From positions 30,599,820-30,663,819 of the forward strand of contig JAUZTB010000033.1 of assembly GCA_034780895.1 (NCBI GenBank): a stretch of DNA of 64,000 nt. Reading direction: 5' to 3'. Made by a program: the position numbers and the translations under genes. Position 1 is the first letter of the stretch. Each line of letters begins with the position of its first letter. Origin of the DNA: Rhynchobatus australiae (lineage: Eukaryota). Shown here piece after piece: positions 1 through 11,795 of the stretch. The notes under the pieces are model-generated. The model was not told the DNA's origin. It did no database searches and saw only the letters and a program-made list of their open reading frames with translations.

Positions 1-259
1 AGTTATATTGAAGCTGCAAACAGACACAGGTTTACTGTACCCTAGTCTGTGAGCCAGTTAAACTTTCTTCTTCCCTTGAATGTGTTCAGATTGAAGATCA
101 TTGTGGTAAAAATTGCAGGAACTTTGCTTAATTTCCCACACATAAATTTTTTATCTGTTTTGGTGGTTTACCACCTGGAAACTGGATTTCAAACCCTTTT
201 AGTCTGCCGGTCATGTTTTGTGTAAATGCTGACTTGGATTTCTTAAAAAAGTTTGTGAT

Positions 260-312
260 CACAAGATAAGGGAGCAGAAGGCAGCCATTCGGCCCATCGA
301 GCCCACTCCATG
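260..312 (-). mobile_element. Short CR1-LINE/SINE 3' tail fragment
   Basis: cacaagataagggagcagaaggcagccattcggcccatcgagcc resembles the reverse complement of the elasmobranch CR1 3' UTR tail, also seen at 25.4 and 35.6 kb. Confidence 0.55.
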
Positions 313-3231
313 GAAATGGAAATGAGAGAGAGAAGTGGCGGGGGGAGGGGGAAGGCAAAAGAAGAGTTATGACATTCATCACACAGGTTCATGTGCTAAA
401 ACAGGAACAGTGCAACTCCTGCGAGGACCTCTATGCAGAGATCACAGCCGACCGTTGAAAAGTGAATCAGTTCTAAACAAAACTCTCCTCATAGCAGCCA
501 CAATACAGGTGGAGAAAAGGCTGCCATTGAGATAAGAAAATGCACAGAAGAGAGAGGGAGATCATGGTCTCCTTTGTACCTGGGCACTAGTTACATGGTC
601 GTCCATCCTGCACAACTATTGTACTGCAATTGGCCCCAAGTTACCCCAAGTTATGGGCTGGTAAAGGAACCATTGATTGTAGCAAGCAACTCAGTAGTGG
701 TCTGTACAAAGGGACTGCAATCAGTGAAGCAACCACCAATGAATCATTTTCCACAATGCTGGCCACTGAAAAGTGAAGCTGGCAAATGCTGTCAGTAAGA
801 TATATCTTTATGACAGGCATTTAACTACTGTCACATTTCCAAACCCCGTGCAATGTCTTCCTAAATTTTTCTGTGAGAAGATCATAGGTGACACACAAAA
901 GCCACCAATTCTGTCATGGGCACAAAAAACATGTGCCATGTGACCTGTGGCATAATTTGATGTGCAAATGATACAGGGTAAAACTCAATTGATTAAAATG
1001 AATTGATCATGGAAATGCCTGGGCCAGTTTCCTCAAATACTTAATTTCACCCAGAGGTGATCGCTATTTCAATCTATCCTGGCTAAGACCACTATTATTG
1101 GCACATTGAAAACATGCATAAGAGGTTCCAATTTCAACACTCAAGTTTCTGAATAGGCTCTTAATCTCTTTAGAAAGTTTTCACAGTGGCATGAGACATT
1201 GATCTTGCCCAACACAAGTTTTCACTGATGCTAATCAGAACCGAACACTTAGTTAAAGCTGGTAATTCTTCTCATCCCTCAACCCACAATGAAATTCTTG
1301 CCACCATATTTCTGTCTCCCGTTTATGATGGCACTCTTTTGCCTCCACCAATTTTATGACGCCATTCTTCATCTTACTTCTTCCTCTCAGAACACCTATA
1401 TTTGAGACCATTGCTGAGGAGTGACACCAAAGGAAGAGATACACACATGCTGAGAGACACCAATGAAGGAACCAGGAGTAACACTGTGGTAATAGTAAGT
1501 GATTCTGGAAGTGATTAAGTGAGTTACTTACCAGGAGTGCTACCAATAGGGATTGTTGCTAAAGGGAGGAGTTGCTTTTGCCTACAAATGCAGATAAGCG
1601 GGCACTGATTATTCATGACAAATACTGATTGCTGGCATTTATGCAGGGTCAGTTGCCTCATCTGTACCTGATTTCTGTGGCTCAGAACTACACTGGACTA
1701 TCACAGTAGCAGCAGATTCAAGCTTTCTTAATAGTTTAATGATCTTTTCAGATGGTTTGACATGTTATTTGTCACAAGACACAGTGCTGCATTTGTCCAG
1801 AATGTGTTGGAATTATGTCTCAAGACCAATTTGATTTGACCTGGATGCAATTGAGATGGTAACAAATTGATCCAAATCTCATCACGATGAGTTAGAAAAT
1901 ATTTTCAAAAGCCCGTCTTCATTTTTCACATCAATCTTGCCAGGTGCACACACTCAGTGGGTTTCACTTCAAGTGCTGGGACTGATTCAATCACAATATT
2001 CACTGTGCACAGGAACTCTGCCAAGTCCCAGTTGGGGTTGTATTACTTAGCTGAAGAGCTGACACCTTGTCTGGTCTACCTGACCTCTTCCATTACACAG
2101 AATGCTTCTGAGACAAACTATTGACTCAAGCAAACAGAGGGTCAACAGTTTGTTCTTCCAACTAAAGTTAGGTATCAGATGTACAGTGAAAGACTTCTTA
2201 GAGATAATCATAGCCAATGAAAACATTGAAACATGAAGAGAGAGAAAATGATGAGATTGAGAAAAAAAGGAGGAAAAAAAAGAGGAAAGACGTTGAAAAA
2301 GGAACCAGGGAATGAGGTACAAGGGAGCTTTAATAAAGTAAGAGAGGAATGAGAAGAGAGGAAGGGAATAAGAAAAAAAGTTCGAAAAGAAATGGAATGC
2401 AAAAAAAAAACAACAGAAGCAAATAAAGAAAATAAGAATATTGGTTCTACTTCCTGATTGCTTGCTGCAGAGAGTAAATTTACTTTGTACTCTATTCTGT
2501 AAAATGCCCAAATCAGTTAACCTTAGGTAATCATACCAGCATTTTTCAAATTAGCAAAATCATTAACTTCCTCGTATGGTTTCTTCAAGCAAATACATCC
2601 TGATTAAAATGCTCATAAAGCACTGTATAACTGTTAAAGACAAAATTTACAAATCTGTCACATGTTTTCATGAATATTTCAGTGAATGAAGTGCTTGAAA
2701 TATCAGGTGCAAGATAAAATAATTAAGCTAATCCCTATTTAAATAGGAATTTTATGAAGCAGTCCATGTTTCAAAAAGGATTTAACAGCTATTGCCACAA
2801 CTCTCACAATTTATGGAGGTTTTGCAGTGTGGAGTTCTATCTTCCAGGGGAAAAAATTAATATAAGAGAGACTAAGAAATTAATGAGATTCACTAATCCA
2901 ATTATGGACTTTTTTTAATAAATATATTTTGAAAAACACATAAATATTTCAAAATTGCATCTGAGAAATCACTGTGGCAGCAATTTAGAGTCAAATTATA
3001 CATAATGAGGAAATACTCTGATCAATTGTCTTTCATATTTAATATTAATGATTTACAGGTTTCATGTTTCATGAGGAGTACATAAATTGTGGATGGCTGG
3101 CAGTGAGTTACACAACGTAGCCCAATTCAATAGTTCCAACCTGTCACTAACTTTAAAACTGAAGACTACAAGCATCACACGCCGATATGTCAGCCCCACC
3201 GGTGTGCTTCTGATTGGATCCATACACTCAC

Positions 3232-3285
3232 ATGACCTTTCACTGCGGGTCACTTTCTCTTTCACTATGATAGGTGATTGCAAGG
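3232..3285 (-). CDS. Candidate 54-nt symmetric (phase 1-1) internal coding exon, xLQSPIIVKEKVTRSERSx; host gene unidentified
   Basis: Minus strand: polypyrimidine acceptor ...ttttctccatag|CCTTG...GGTCAT|gtgagt donor. Length is a multiple of 3 and the phase-1 frame is open. Protein not recognised. Confidence 0.55.
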
Positions 3286-3721
3286 CTATGGAGAAAAAAT
3301 AGCGAGTGGGTCCAATTGTGCAGAATTTTCTAAGAGCTGGAGCAGGCATAATAAATCAAGTAACCTGCTGTAAGATTCTATGTTTCTTTAAGTGTAGCAT
3401 TACGAATTAATAGTGAAATTTAATAAATTCAACTGACACTTGTTTANNNNNNNNNNNNNNNNNNNNNNNNNNNNNNNNNNNNNNNNNNNNNNNNNNNNNN
3501 NNNNNNNNNNNNNNNNNNNNNNNNNNNNNNNNNNNNNNNNNNNNNNAATAGTGAAATTTAATAAATTCAACTGACACTTGTTTACCGGTGTTCACCTAGA
3601 TCTTGCCATTTAACTCCATTAATACTGTTCCTTTTTACTTCACTCTCACATTTTTTCCATACCCTTCTCCGTGGTGATGAGCTGCTTCCTTGAATGGCTG
3701 AAATCCTTCTGGTGAAGGTTA

Positions 3722-5055
3722 AAACCGAAAATGCGAGAAAGTCAGCGGGTCAGACAACAACTGTGCAAAGACAGAGTTAATATTTCAGGTTGAGGTCCAA
3801 CTGTCAGAACTGGGAAAGGAAGAAAACAATTTGGTTACAAGTTGCAGAGAGGTTGGGGAAGAATGGACAGGACAAAGGAAATATCTGTGATAGTGTGTGG
3901 CCAGGGTTCCCATGGTGATAAGCTGTTGATGAAGCCATCCAGGTGATAAATTAATAAAATTGATAAGGGAAATTAGAGAGAAAGCAAACAAAGGGGCATG
4001 TTAGAGCTGTGAAATGCAGGTCAAAATTATAAAAAACAGCAGATCAGGTAGTTTCAGTGAAGAGAGAAAAACTGAGTTTGTATTAGAAATGGGTAACCTG
4101 TAGCAGAATTGGCCAGTAGAGAAAACAAAGTATCTGAAATTGTTGAATTCTATATTGAGTCCTGAATGCTACATTGTGCCCAAAGAGAAAATGCTGTTCA
4201 TCAAGTTTACGTTGGGCCTGGTTGGAAAAGTGTAGGAAGTCCAAGACAGAAATATACTCTTTTACCTCATCCTTTCTAACCAACTGGAGATCCAAACAGT
4301 CCTTTCAGATGAAGCAAAGATTCACTTCTACTTCTTCTCACTCTTAGTGTATTATATTCATTATTCACAGTGTGGCCTTGTCTACATCAGAGCCAAGGGC
4401 TCAGTTTGAATGATCACTTTGCAGAGCACCTACATTCACTCTGAAAGGGTGACACTGAGCTTCCAGCTGTTTGTCACTTTAATTCTTCATCCCACCCCGA
4501 CGTATCTGTTGCTGGCATCCTGCACTATTCCAATGAGGCCCAAAGTAAATTTGAAGAATGGGACCTCATCTTCCATTCAGGCACATTGCAACCATCAGGA
4601 TTCAATGTCATATTCAAGAGTTTCAGATAATTTGCTTTCTCTGTATCAAAACCGATCGATTTAGATGTAGATTATCCATCTGTAATATTAATTCATTTTT
4701 TCTCTATTTGCTGATACAACTTGACCTGCTGGTCATTACTAATAGCGCTGACCAACATTTCACAACTTTTACATGTTCCTTTATTTGTTTTCTTTTGCTC
4801 TAACTTCTCCCATTAATCTATCAAACAGATGGCTTCATGAACAGCTTATCACCACGGCAACACTGGCCGCACCCTCTCAGATATATTCCCTTTGTCCTAC
4901 CCATCCCTCTGCTACCTTTTTTGCACATTGAAGCTAATTTGTTTCGTTGCTTTCCCAGTTCTGATGAAGGGCCTTCGACAAGGTCCATTAATTCTGTTTC
5001 TCTTTCCACAAATGCTGCCTGACCTGCTGGATATCTTCAGCATTTTCTGCTTTTG
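3722..5055. mobile_element. Penelope-like retroelement remnant with inverted structure and GIY-YIG endonuclease fragment
   Basis: 4290-4630 (+) is a decayed GIY-YIG domain (KQSFQMKQRFT...SQCGLVYI...DHFAEHL...CHFNS...NEAQSKFEE...GTLQPSGFN). 4130-4256 (-) is an inverted copy of its C-terminus (ISVLDFLHFSNQAQRKLDEQH). The two ends (3722-3820 minus, 4950-5055 plus) carry the same terminal motif. Confidence 0.85.
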
Positions 5056-5119
5056 AATCACAGCCCCAGACTCTATTCACTGACAGTCCCAACTTGTCCC
5101 CTCTGTTGCTGACCACTTG

Positions 5120-6800
5120 ATCATGGGACAAAAATGAAAGTCACCACAAAAATTTCAAAACACATCTACACTTTAATATGCAATAAAGCATGATTTCAAG
5201 CCAATTAAGCACCTCTGTGCATCCCCTTGGTCCCTGCCTTTAAAGTGCCTTTGGCTGACTTGACATTCCTATGTAATGCCATACCGGTGACTCCAGCATA
5301 GCTGATAGAAGACTGATGAGGAGGGAGATGCAGAGAGCCTTATGGGATGACCACATGCAACTCTGAGTTTCAAAGGCCTGGATGCCTCCACCATCTTGGT
5401 AGGAACCACAGTAGTGCAGGCTAGCTGCCAGAAATGATAATCATGAGCACTGGCAGAGTAGCAAGAAATGGAAGAGAGGGGCTACCTTACTGGGAGATCA
5501 CAGGAAGCTCATGCGCCGTGGAGCTATTCCCACTCTTCCGGGATGTTAGGTGGCTGCTGCATCTGGTTTAAAGGAACCTAGTGTCCTTAGCCACCACTGT
5601 GGTTGGGGAAGCAAGTGTGCAAATGGAGTCAGTTATTATTTCCACATGGGAATGAGTGGGCTACAAGCTGACTGCAAAACTTCAGACCATGTTGGTGTTG
5701 CATTGCTCCATGTCACTAGCCTTTGAAAGCAAGCTTTCTGGCAGACTTCCCAGAAAACTAAACAAATGGCAGTGCTTGCCCAACAAAGTCTTCCTCTGAT
5801 ATTAGTATAGGGAAAATCATGCGAATCACTACGCAGAGAGCAGTCATGTGCATTATCTTTTCCCCTTGCCCTGTCTACAGTTTATGTGCTCAATGTTTTA
5901 TCACATACACAACGTACCATTATTTTTTCTTCTAAGTCACACACACTGTCAATATCAGAGCTAATAGCTACAAATTTAGAAGTGCTTTTTTGGTGTTCTT
6001 TACTGGCTAGGTTTCTGCTCATGGATCCTTGAAAGGAAATAAGACAAGCATAAGGCTAAGATCAGGTGAAATTAAAAGGTGCAGGTTTACAGCATCTTAC
6101 AAGACTGTGGGTTGAGGGTACGATGGAATGTCAAGATTAGGCACAAAGATGCCGNNNNNNNNNNGATAGCCTCAACAACTGTCCTGATAATTGTCCACAT
6201 ACTGTCCTCCATGCTGGTTAGGACATTTGGTTGCACTTGTTCTCCTCCAGATAGCTCCTGCTGCCTTGACTGTCCTGCTTTTGAGAAGAAATGGAGCTCT
6301 TAGTAATATACAATCTGTTTAAGTGATGATACTATCATAGTGGAATAGCTGGGGGTGTAGATGTGAGACCTGCAGCAGTGCCAAATGTGCAAGAGTGCAC
6401 GGACAATGCGAGACCATCGGGACTGCTCCCTAATAGAGATGGCTTGTCGGTGGGCTGTGTGTGATGGTGGTGGTGCAGATGGTGGATTATGCATTTGAAA
6501 AACCATTCTTTGTGACGCCTTGACTCTTGGTCCTTTGCAGTTTGGGCATATCTGGGGAGCACACTGATTCTCTGAGAATGCAGGGCATCTCACCTACTTT
6601 GCATCTTCTCTGTCACAGATTCTGGTGCAGTATCTGAAAAACTTTTAAATCTGCAGTCTGCTACGTTCTGCCATTCTATGTTTTGCAAATCAGATTCATT
6701 TGGAAACCTTCTGCCAAAACCTGGTCAAACCCACTGCTGCTTCTCTTTAGCGGGTGCAGGTTAGGCTTAAGAGATTCGAGCTTGTTTTTACTGAAGCTGG
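5120..6800 (-). mobile_element. Degenerate PIF/Harbinger transposon remnant (Myb/SANT-gene portion)
   Basis: 6165-6285 (-) translates as SKAGQSRQQELSGGEQVQPNVLTSMEDSMWTIIRTVVEAI, resembling the 'R..TGGG...LTPMEE' segment of Harbinger Myb/SANT proteins. Limits are approximate. Confidence 0.5.
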
Positions 6801-7350
6801 CCACTCATGCTGTTGGCCTTTAGAGCCAACATACCACTGGCTGAACACCGAGATTATTAAAATGAATAAGGAGCACAAGATTGGTGCGGTACCTGCTTTG
6901 CAATCAATGGATATGGATTAATCATGCACTGTAATCCTGTGACCATTTCTAAGTGTTATTGAATTCAACCCCCATTTTGTTTTTGAAGAGGATAAGGAGT
7001 AATATACAATGGACTGATGATCTGAGGTAAACAAATGAACAGAGAATCAGTGTGTTTCCCAGATGCACTGAGGCTGCAAAGGAGCAAGAGTTAAGGCCTC
7101 ACAGGGGAGTCAAGGTTATTGAATGCCACAATCCACCATCTGCACCACCACCGTCAGACAGAACTCATTGAAATACATCACTCACCAACCAGCAATCTCT
7201 ATTGATCTGGACTTCTAATAATCTCACGTGGTCCCCGCATCTCGCACACTTCGCACAGCTGCAGGTCTCACATTCACATCACCAGCTATTCCACTATGAT
7301 AGTCATATCACTCAAACAGATTGCACATTACTTAGAGCCACACTTCTTCT
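6284..7350. repeat. Diverged inverted repeat, arms 6284-6574 and 7040-7350
   Basis: The reverse complement of the left arm aligns along the right arm, with shared blocks cagagaatcagtgtg, ctgcaaagga, aatccaccatctgcaccaccacc, gctgcaggtctcacat, ccagctattccactatgatagt and aaacagattg. Confidence 0.9.
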
Positions 7351-9369
7351 GAGAATTATTCATTAAAATAGACTAGGTAATGATCATTCTTCAGATTAAA
7401 AACCTCTGATGTCAAAAAAAGGATACAAGCTTTTTGTGGCCTTTCAAATTTTTGCCTAATCTACATTTACTTTTATCTTAGATATTAAATATTGCTTGAA
7501 CTAATGAGCAAGTTGATTACATTCAGTTTCATAGCTCTCAATTATCAACTACAAATACTTCCTGTCAATTCAAAATTGAAACAATTAAGTCAATTTTACT
7601 GAACTTACTTGCCATGCACTTGCTTGCGTAAAGGTGGATGGCAAATGGTAAACAAGAAAGAAGATGATTTTTCCTACCGAGGCGCAGACAAAATCTCTAC
7701 CAGTAGTTATCCTTATTTAACAGTCATCCACTTTACTCAACTATTTTAATTAAGCAATATTGCCCATTAATCAAGCACTTAATGGGTTTTCATCTGTTTA
7801 TTAACAGTTCTGTAAAAATAGCAAAGAAAATTCATTCATGCCACTCCCACAGAATTTCAGAATTCTTGATCAAAAAGAAAAAAAACGTTTTATCTTATTT
7901 TCACAATGTAGTGGGTGGATAATAATTTTAACTGAGATAGCACAACCAATAGATGTGCAGACAACTGTGAATGGCTTGCAATGTTCAAAAGTAAGGAGGC
8001 TAAAAGCAGTAACCCAACAACTTTTTAGTACATTGCAAGGTGTGAAAGGAAATTATTGCATTCATGAAACACTATTTCTACAATCTGGTTAGGTAACACA
8101 TGACATGCTATATTACAAATGTTGACCTGTAAGATATAAACCATTGAGGCAATACACAAGACAACACAGATACTGAAAAAACAGAAGTGTGGCTCACTGG
8201 GAAAGATAACAAGACAGGTTTGCTGTTTGGTGGGCAGTGTTTTCATAAATTGTTACAACTGATCAATTGTTAGATCAGTGAATAAATCATGTTATAAGCA
8301 AATTGTGGCATCCTTCATAAAAAGATAAAATGTAACTAATATTAACAGTGCATATCCTGTTAGTTGTCTGGTCACCAGGTTCTCAGATCAAGAGGTTTTA
8401 AGCACTCTGATCACTGTTCCAAAAGTACTGTTCTATGATACTTTGTGAAATTTAGCTAAAATACAATATAGGTAAAGATTGCATTCCATTGTGCTGGGGA
8501 TGCGTTGAGAGGATAACTTTTAAACTCTGATATTTCCACTGGACAAGCCAAACTTACAACTTCATTTATCTATGCTGATATATCATTATAACAATAGGTC
8601 ATCTCTTCGAGCACTCCTATCAATTACCTGAACCATCATTCAAATACTTTCATGTCAAAATCTATTACAAATAAATATAATTTATTCTTTTACATAAATG
8701 CATCCTCAATACTAATTTCAATGACAGGAAATAAAAGGTTGGAAATATACAATAGATAACTTGGCATATCTAAGTAGAAGTGATACCAATGTGGGTTTTG
8801 GCTTAGATGTCTTTTTATGTTCAGACGCATCTGCCATTCCCTTAAATAGTTAGAGCATCTTTTATGGAAAGCTATCCAGACTGCTTAATATCTACTTCTA
8901 TGATACAGCCACAATGGTATCCCTTTGTGTGCTGAAGACTACATTCATATCTTTCACACATGTGCTTCTTCAATCTCCCGGAAGGTGGACAGGGCAGACG
9001 TTTGGTAAGATGAGGCTTGATGTAAACAGCTGCTTTACTTCACAGTGCATGAAAACGCAGAGCAACAGTTAAGATTATTTCAATCAGGACAACTTATCTA
9101 CATGTAATGTTACCAAAATGGTTGTAAGGTGTTTATTGAATACTGAGACGTTAATGAATTGCTTATTGTTCACAGCCTTTGGGGGGAAAGATCTTCATTA
9201 GCACATTAACCAGCTCTGTTCTAGGTGCCATTTATTTTAAAAAATTGTGAGAATACATTTGCTTTGAAAATGCAACGTTAGAAGTAACACATTCCAAATC
9301 TTTACTGTGGAAGATTGGTGAAAAGGATCCCAAAATGGGACAGGAAACTAGGTTAATTATTCCCATGTG

Positions 9370-9490
9370 ACCCTCATAAAGGACCAGACCTGAAATGCTA
9401 ACTCATCTTTCCCCTTCAGGTGTTATTTGATCTGCTCTTTACTTGAATTTTGATTTCAGTTTTTCAACATTTGCATTTGCTTGTGTTTCC
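9370..9490 (+). mobile_element. Short Penelope-derived terminal fragment
   Basis: ctcataaaggaccagacctgaaatgctaactc...tttgatctgct is a decayed copy of the terminal motif at 4950-5055. Confidence 0.5.
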
Positions 9491-10029
9491 AGTTCCACTG
9501 TGGCGATCTATTTACCGACAATGTCATTCTCTAATTATCCCAAACACATGGATGTCATTAGACATTAGGTTTTAAGATTTTATGGAATTGACAGGTCGAT
9601 TACACATATTGTTCCAATTCCACATTATAATATTCAGCATTAGAGATTCAGAGACAATTCTTTCTGTGGATCTTACAGGAAACATGTGAGAATTTGGAAA
9701 GCTGCAAAGGACATTCAGTACTCAGAGGGATAACACACAGTTCTCTAAAGAATTTCAAGTCCCAGAACAACAACAGCTTCTAAAATACTACATCTGTTTT
9801 TTAAATACTGTTTCTAAATCCCATTTAAATATGTAATGTGACATTTTTCATTCCAATCCACCACAGCAAAGAAGGAATTCACACTCCATGTTTTCTGCAG
9901 TCTATTTCAGTTATTTTGTTGTCAACGAGTATTCTCATTCCTAGTCTACAATCTATTGTACTAAACAGCTCTCTGGACCTCAATATACTGGAAAAGAAAA
10001 GCTCAGGAATGTGAGGAGAACAATTTCTT

Positions 10030-10190
10030 TTGAAGAAGAAACTGCTGCAAATGGCACAACAGGTCAATCAGAATCTGAAAGAAAGAAGGGTAACTATTTC
10101 AGGTGAGACCCTTCTCAAAATAATACTAAATAATGTTTTATCCTTTCAGAGTCTGTTCAACCTGCACTGCATTTCCAGCATATCATTTTT
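10030..10190. mobile_element. Short inverted Penelope-derived element
   Basis: The left half (ctgctgcaaatg...caggtc...tttcaggtgagacccttctca) and the right half (ttcaacctgc...tttccagca) are head-to-head copies of the terminal motif. Confidence 0.55.
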
Positions 10191-11454
10191 AAAATAAAAT
10201 CTGAATATATAAGAAGCAGCTCTACTGGTATAGAAAAGATGGAATGAGTTGGGTTTGAGGGACAGGAAAGAAAGAATCAGGTCAGGAGTTTTCACTTAAG
10301 AGGATTTGACCATAGGTGGACAGGACATGCTGCATTTCAAGTCCCTAGACAATGCATTATTGTCATTTTATTCTCACAGCTGTAAATTCATAGCTGAATA
10401 TTACTTTATAAAATATGATGAATCGATTATTCACTTTATAGGAACCTGTTTGAATTTGCAACAGATATTAGTGATGGTAGATTGAGAAACAAAAACAAAA
10501 GCCTTTCACCTCCTATAAGTAACTTTCAAATTACCACAGCAGAGTATGTAAAAGAAATATTAAAGTTCTTAAAGCATGACATGCTTAAACACAGCTGTGA
10601 AAACAGTCTGCTGAAAAATTATAACTTAATTTTAAAAAATTGAGCTATGAGGTGTTTTCTTTAGGAATAACGTACCCTCATTTTCACTCAGCCAATAAAG
10701 TTGTTTCCTGTAATCAAATTAAATTGAAATGTATTTATACAAGAATTCATTTAAGATAAGTCCAAAGACAGGGTTTATTTAATTTTAAAAATTTCACATG
10801 TAGTGTTATTTTTATGAAGACTTAAATACACATTTTATTTTTATCGACTTCACTCAAAGGGCCGTATTTTGTTCTCATCCTGATTTCGAACTCTAGGGCA
10901 GTGCTAGGCCAGATCACACTGATGGTTAGCCAGTGGTTTCAGACATCTATACCAGTGCAGCTGACATCCCATGACGCCCCTGAATACAGCGAGTTCAGGG
11001 GCAAATCCAAACATACTAAGCAAAAGGCTGAATACACTTTGCATGGCCTCATCATTACTCCTCAGCATTAGACCAGTGACCATCATTAAAAAATAAGTGA
11101 AGCTAAGATTTTAGTTTTTGGTCCTTTATTTTAATTTAGCATTTTAATTAATTTACATAACTTGGTTTTTTCAAATTAATTTATTTTTAATAATGATTTT
11201 TTAAAAATATTTCAATAGGTTTTACATGTCCCTGATCACCATAGATATGCTGAAGAAGGCCTTTGACACCACAAACTGCCTGAAGGATCTCAGGACCATC
11301 CAGGAGAAGGACCGGAGTTTGTGACGTTTTGAGGCTTGGCCCCTGAGCAGACTACTCTGCTGAGATGGCCAAGACAGTGAAGCTCTAGGACAGTGAGAGT
11401 TACAGCATTGCAAAGAATAAGCATAGCTAGAGGCATCCTGCAGGGGTGGGGTTG

Positions 11455-11795
11455 GGGGCCACAGTGGTACAGTGGTTAGTGCGCCTATCTCACAATTCTG
11501 GGGCCTGGGTACTATCCTGACCTTGGGGTTGTCTGTGTGGAATTTTCATGTTCTTCCTGTGACCTCGTGGGTTTCCTCCAGGAGCTCCGGTTTCCTCCCA
11601 TGTTGAAAAAATGCTGGTAATTGACTACTATAATCTACCCCTTACTTAGGGAAATCAAAAAAAAGTTGAGTTGATGGGCACAAGAAAGAATAGGTCAAAG
11701 GCTACAGGAAAAATAAGAGAGGGGGAATGGGACAGCTGTGTTTGAAGCCAGCATGGACTGGATGAGCCAAACGGCCTCTTTCTGTGTTGTAACGA
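11455..11795 (+). mobile_element. HE1-like V-SINE (tRNA-derived head, V-domain, CR1-type tail)
   Basis: Head cagtggtacagtggttagt; V-domain ctgtgtggaattttcatgttcttcctgtgacctcgtgggtttcctccaggagctccggtttcctccca; tail atgagccaaacggcctctttctgtgttgtaa. Confidence 0.85.

Noticed and set aside
2047-2511. 154-aa Phe/Ser-rich ORF
   Set aside because: Translation of a low-complexity purine-rich tract.
3409-3584. Identical 38-bp sequence on both sides of a 100-N gap
   Set aside because: Typical scaffolding overlap artefact; it is not evidence of a real direct repeat or CRISPR-like unit.
11455-11530. tRNA-like sequence
   Set aside because: It is the head of a V-SINE and does not form an intact cloverleaf.
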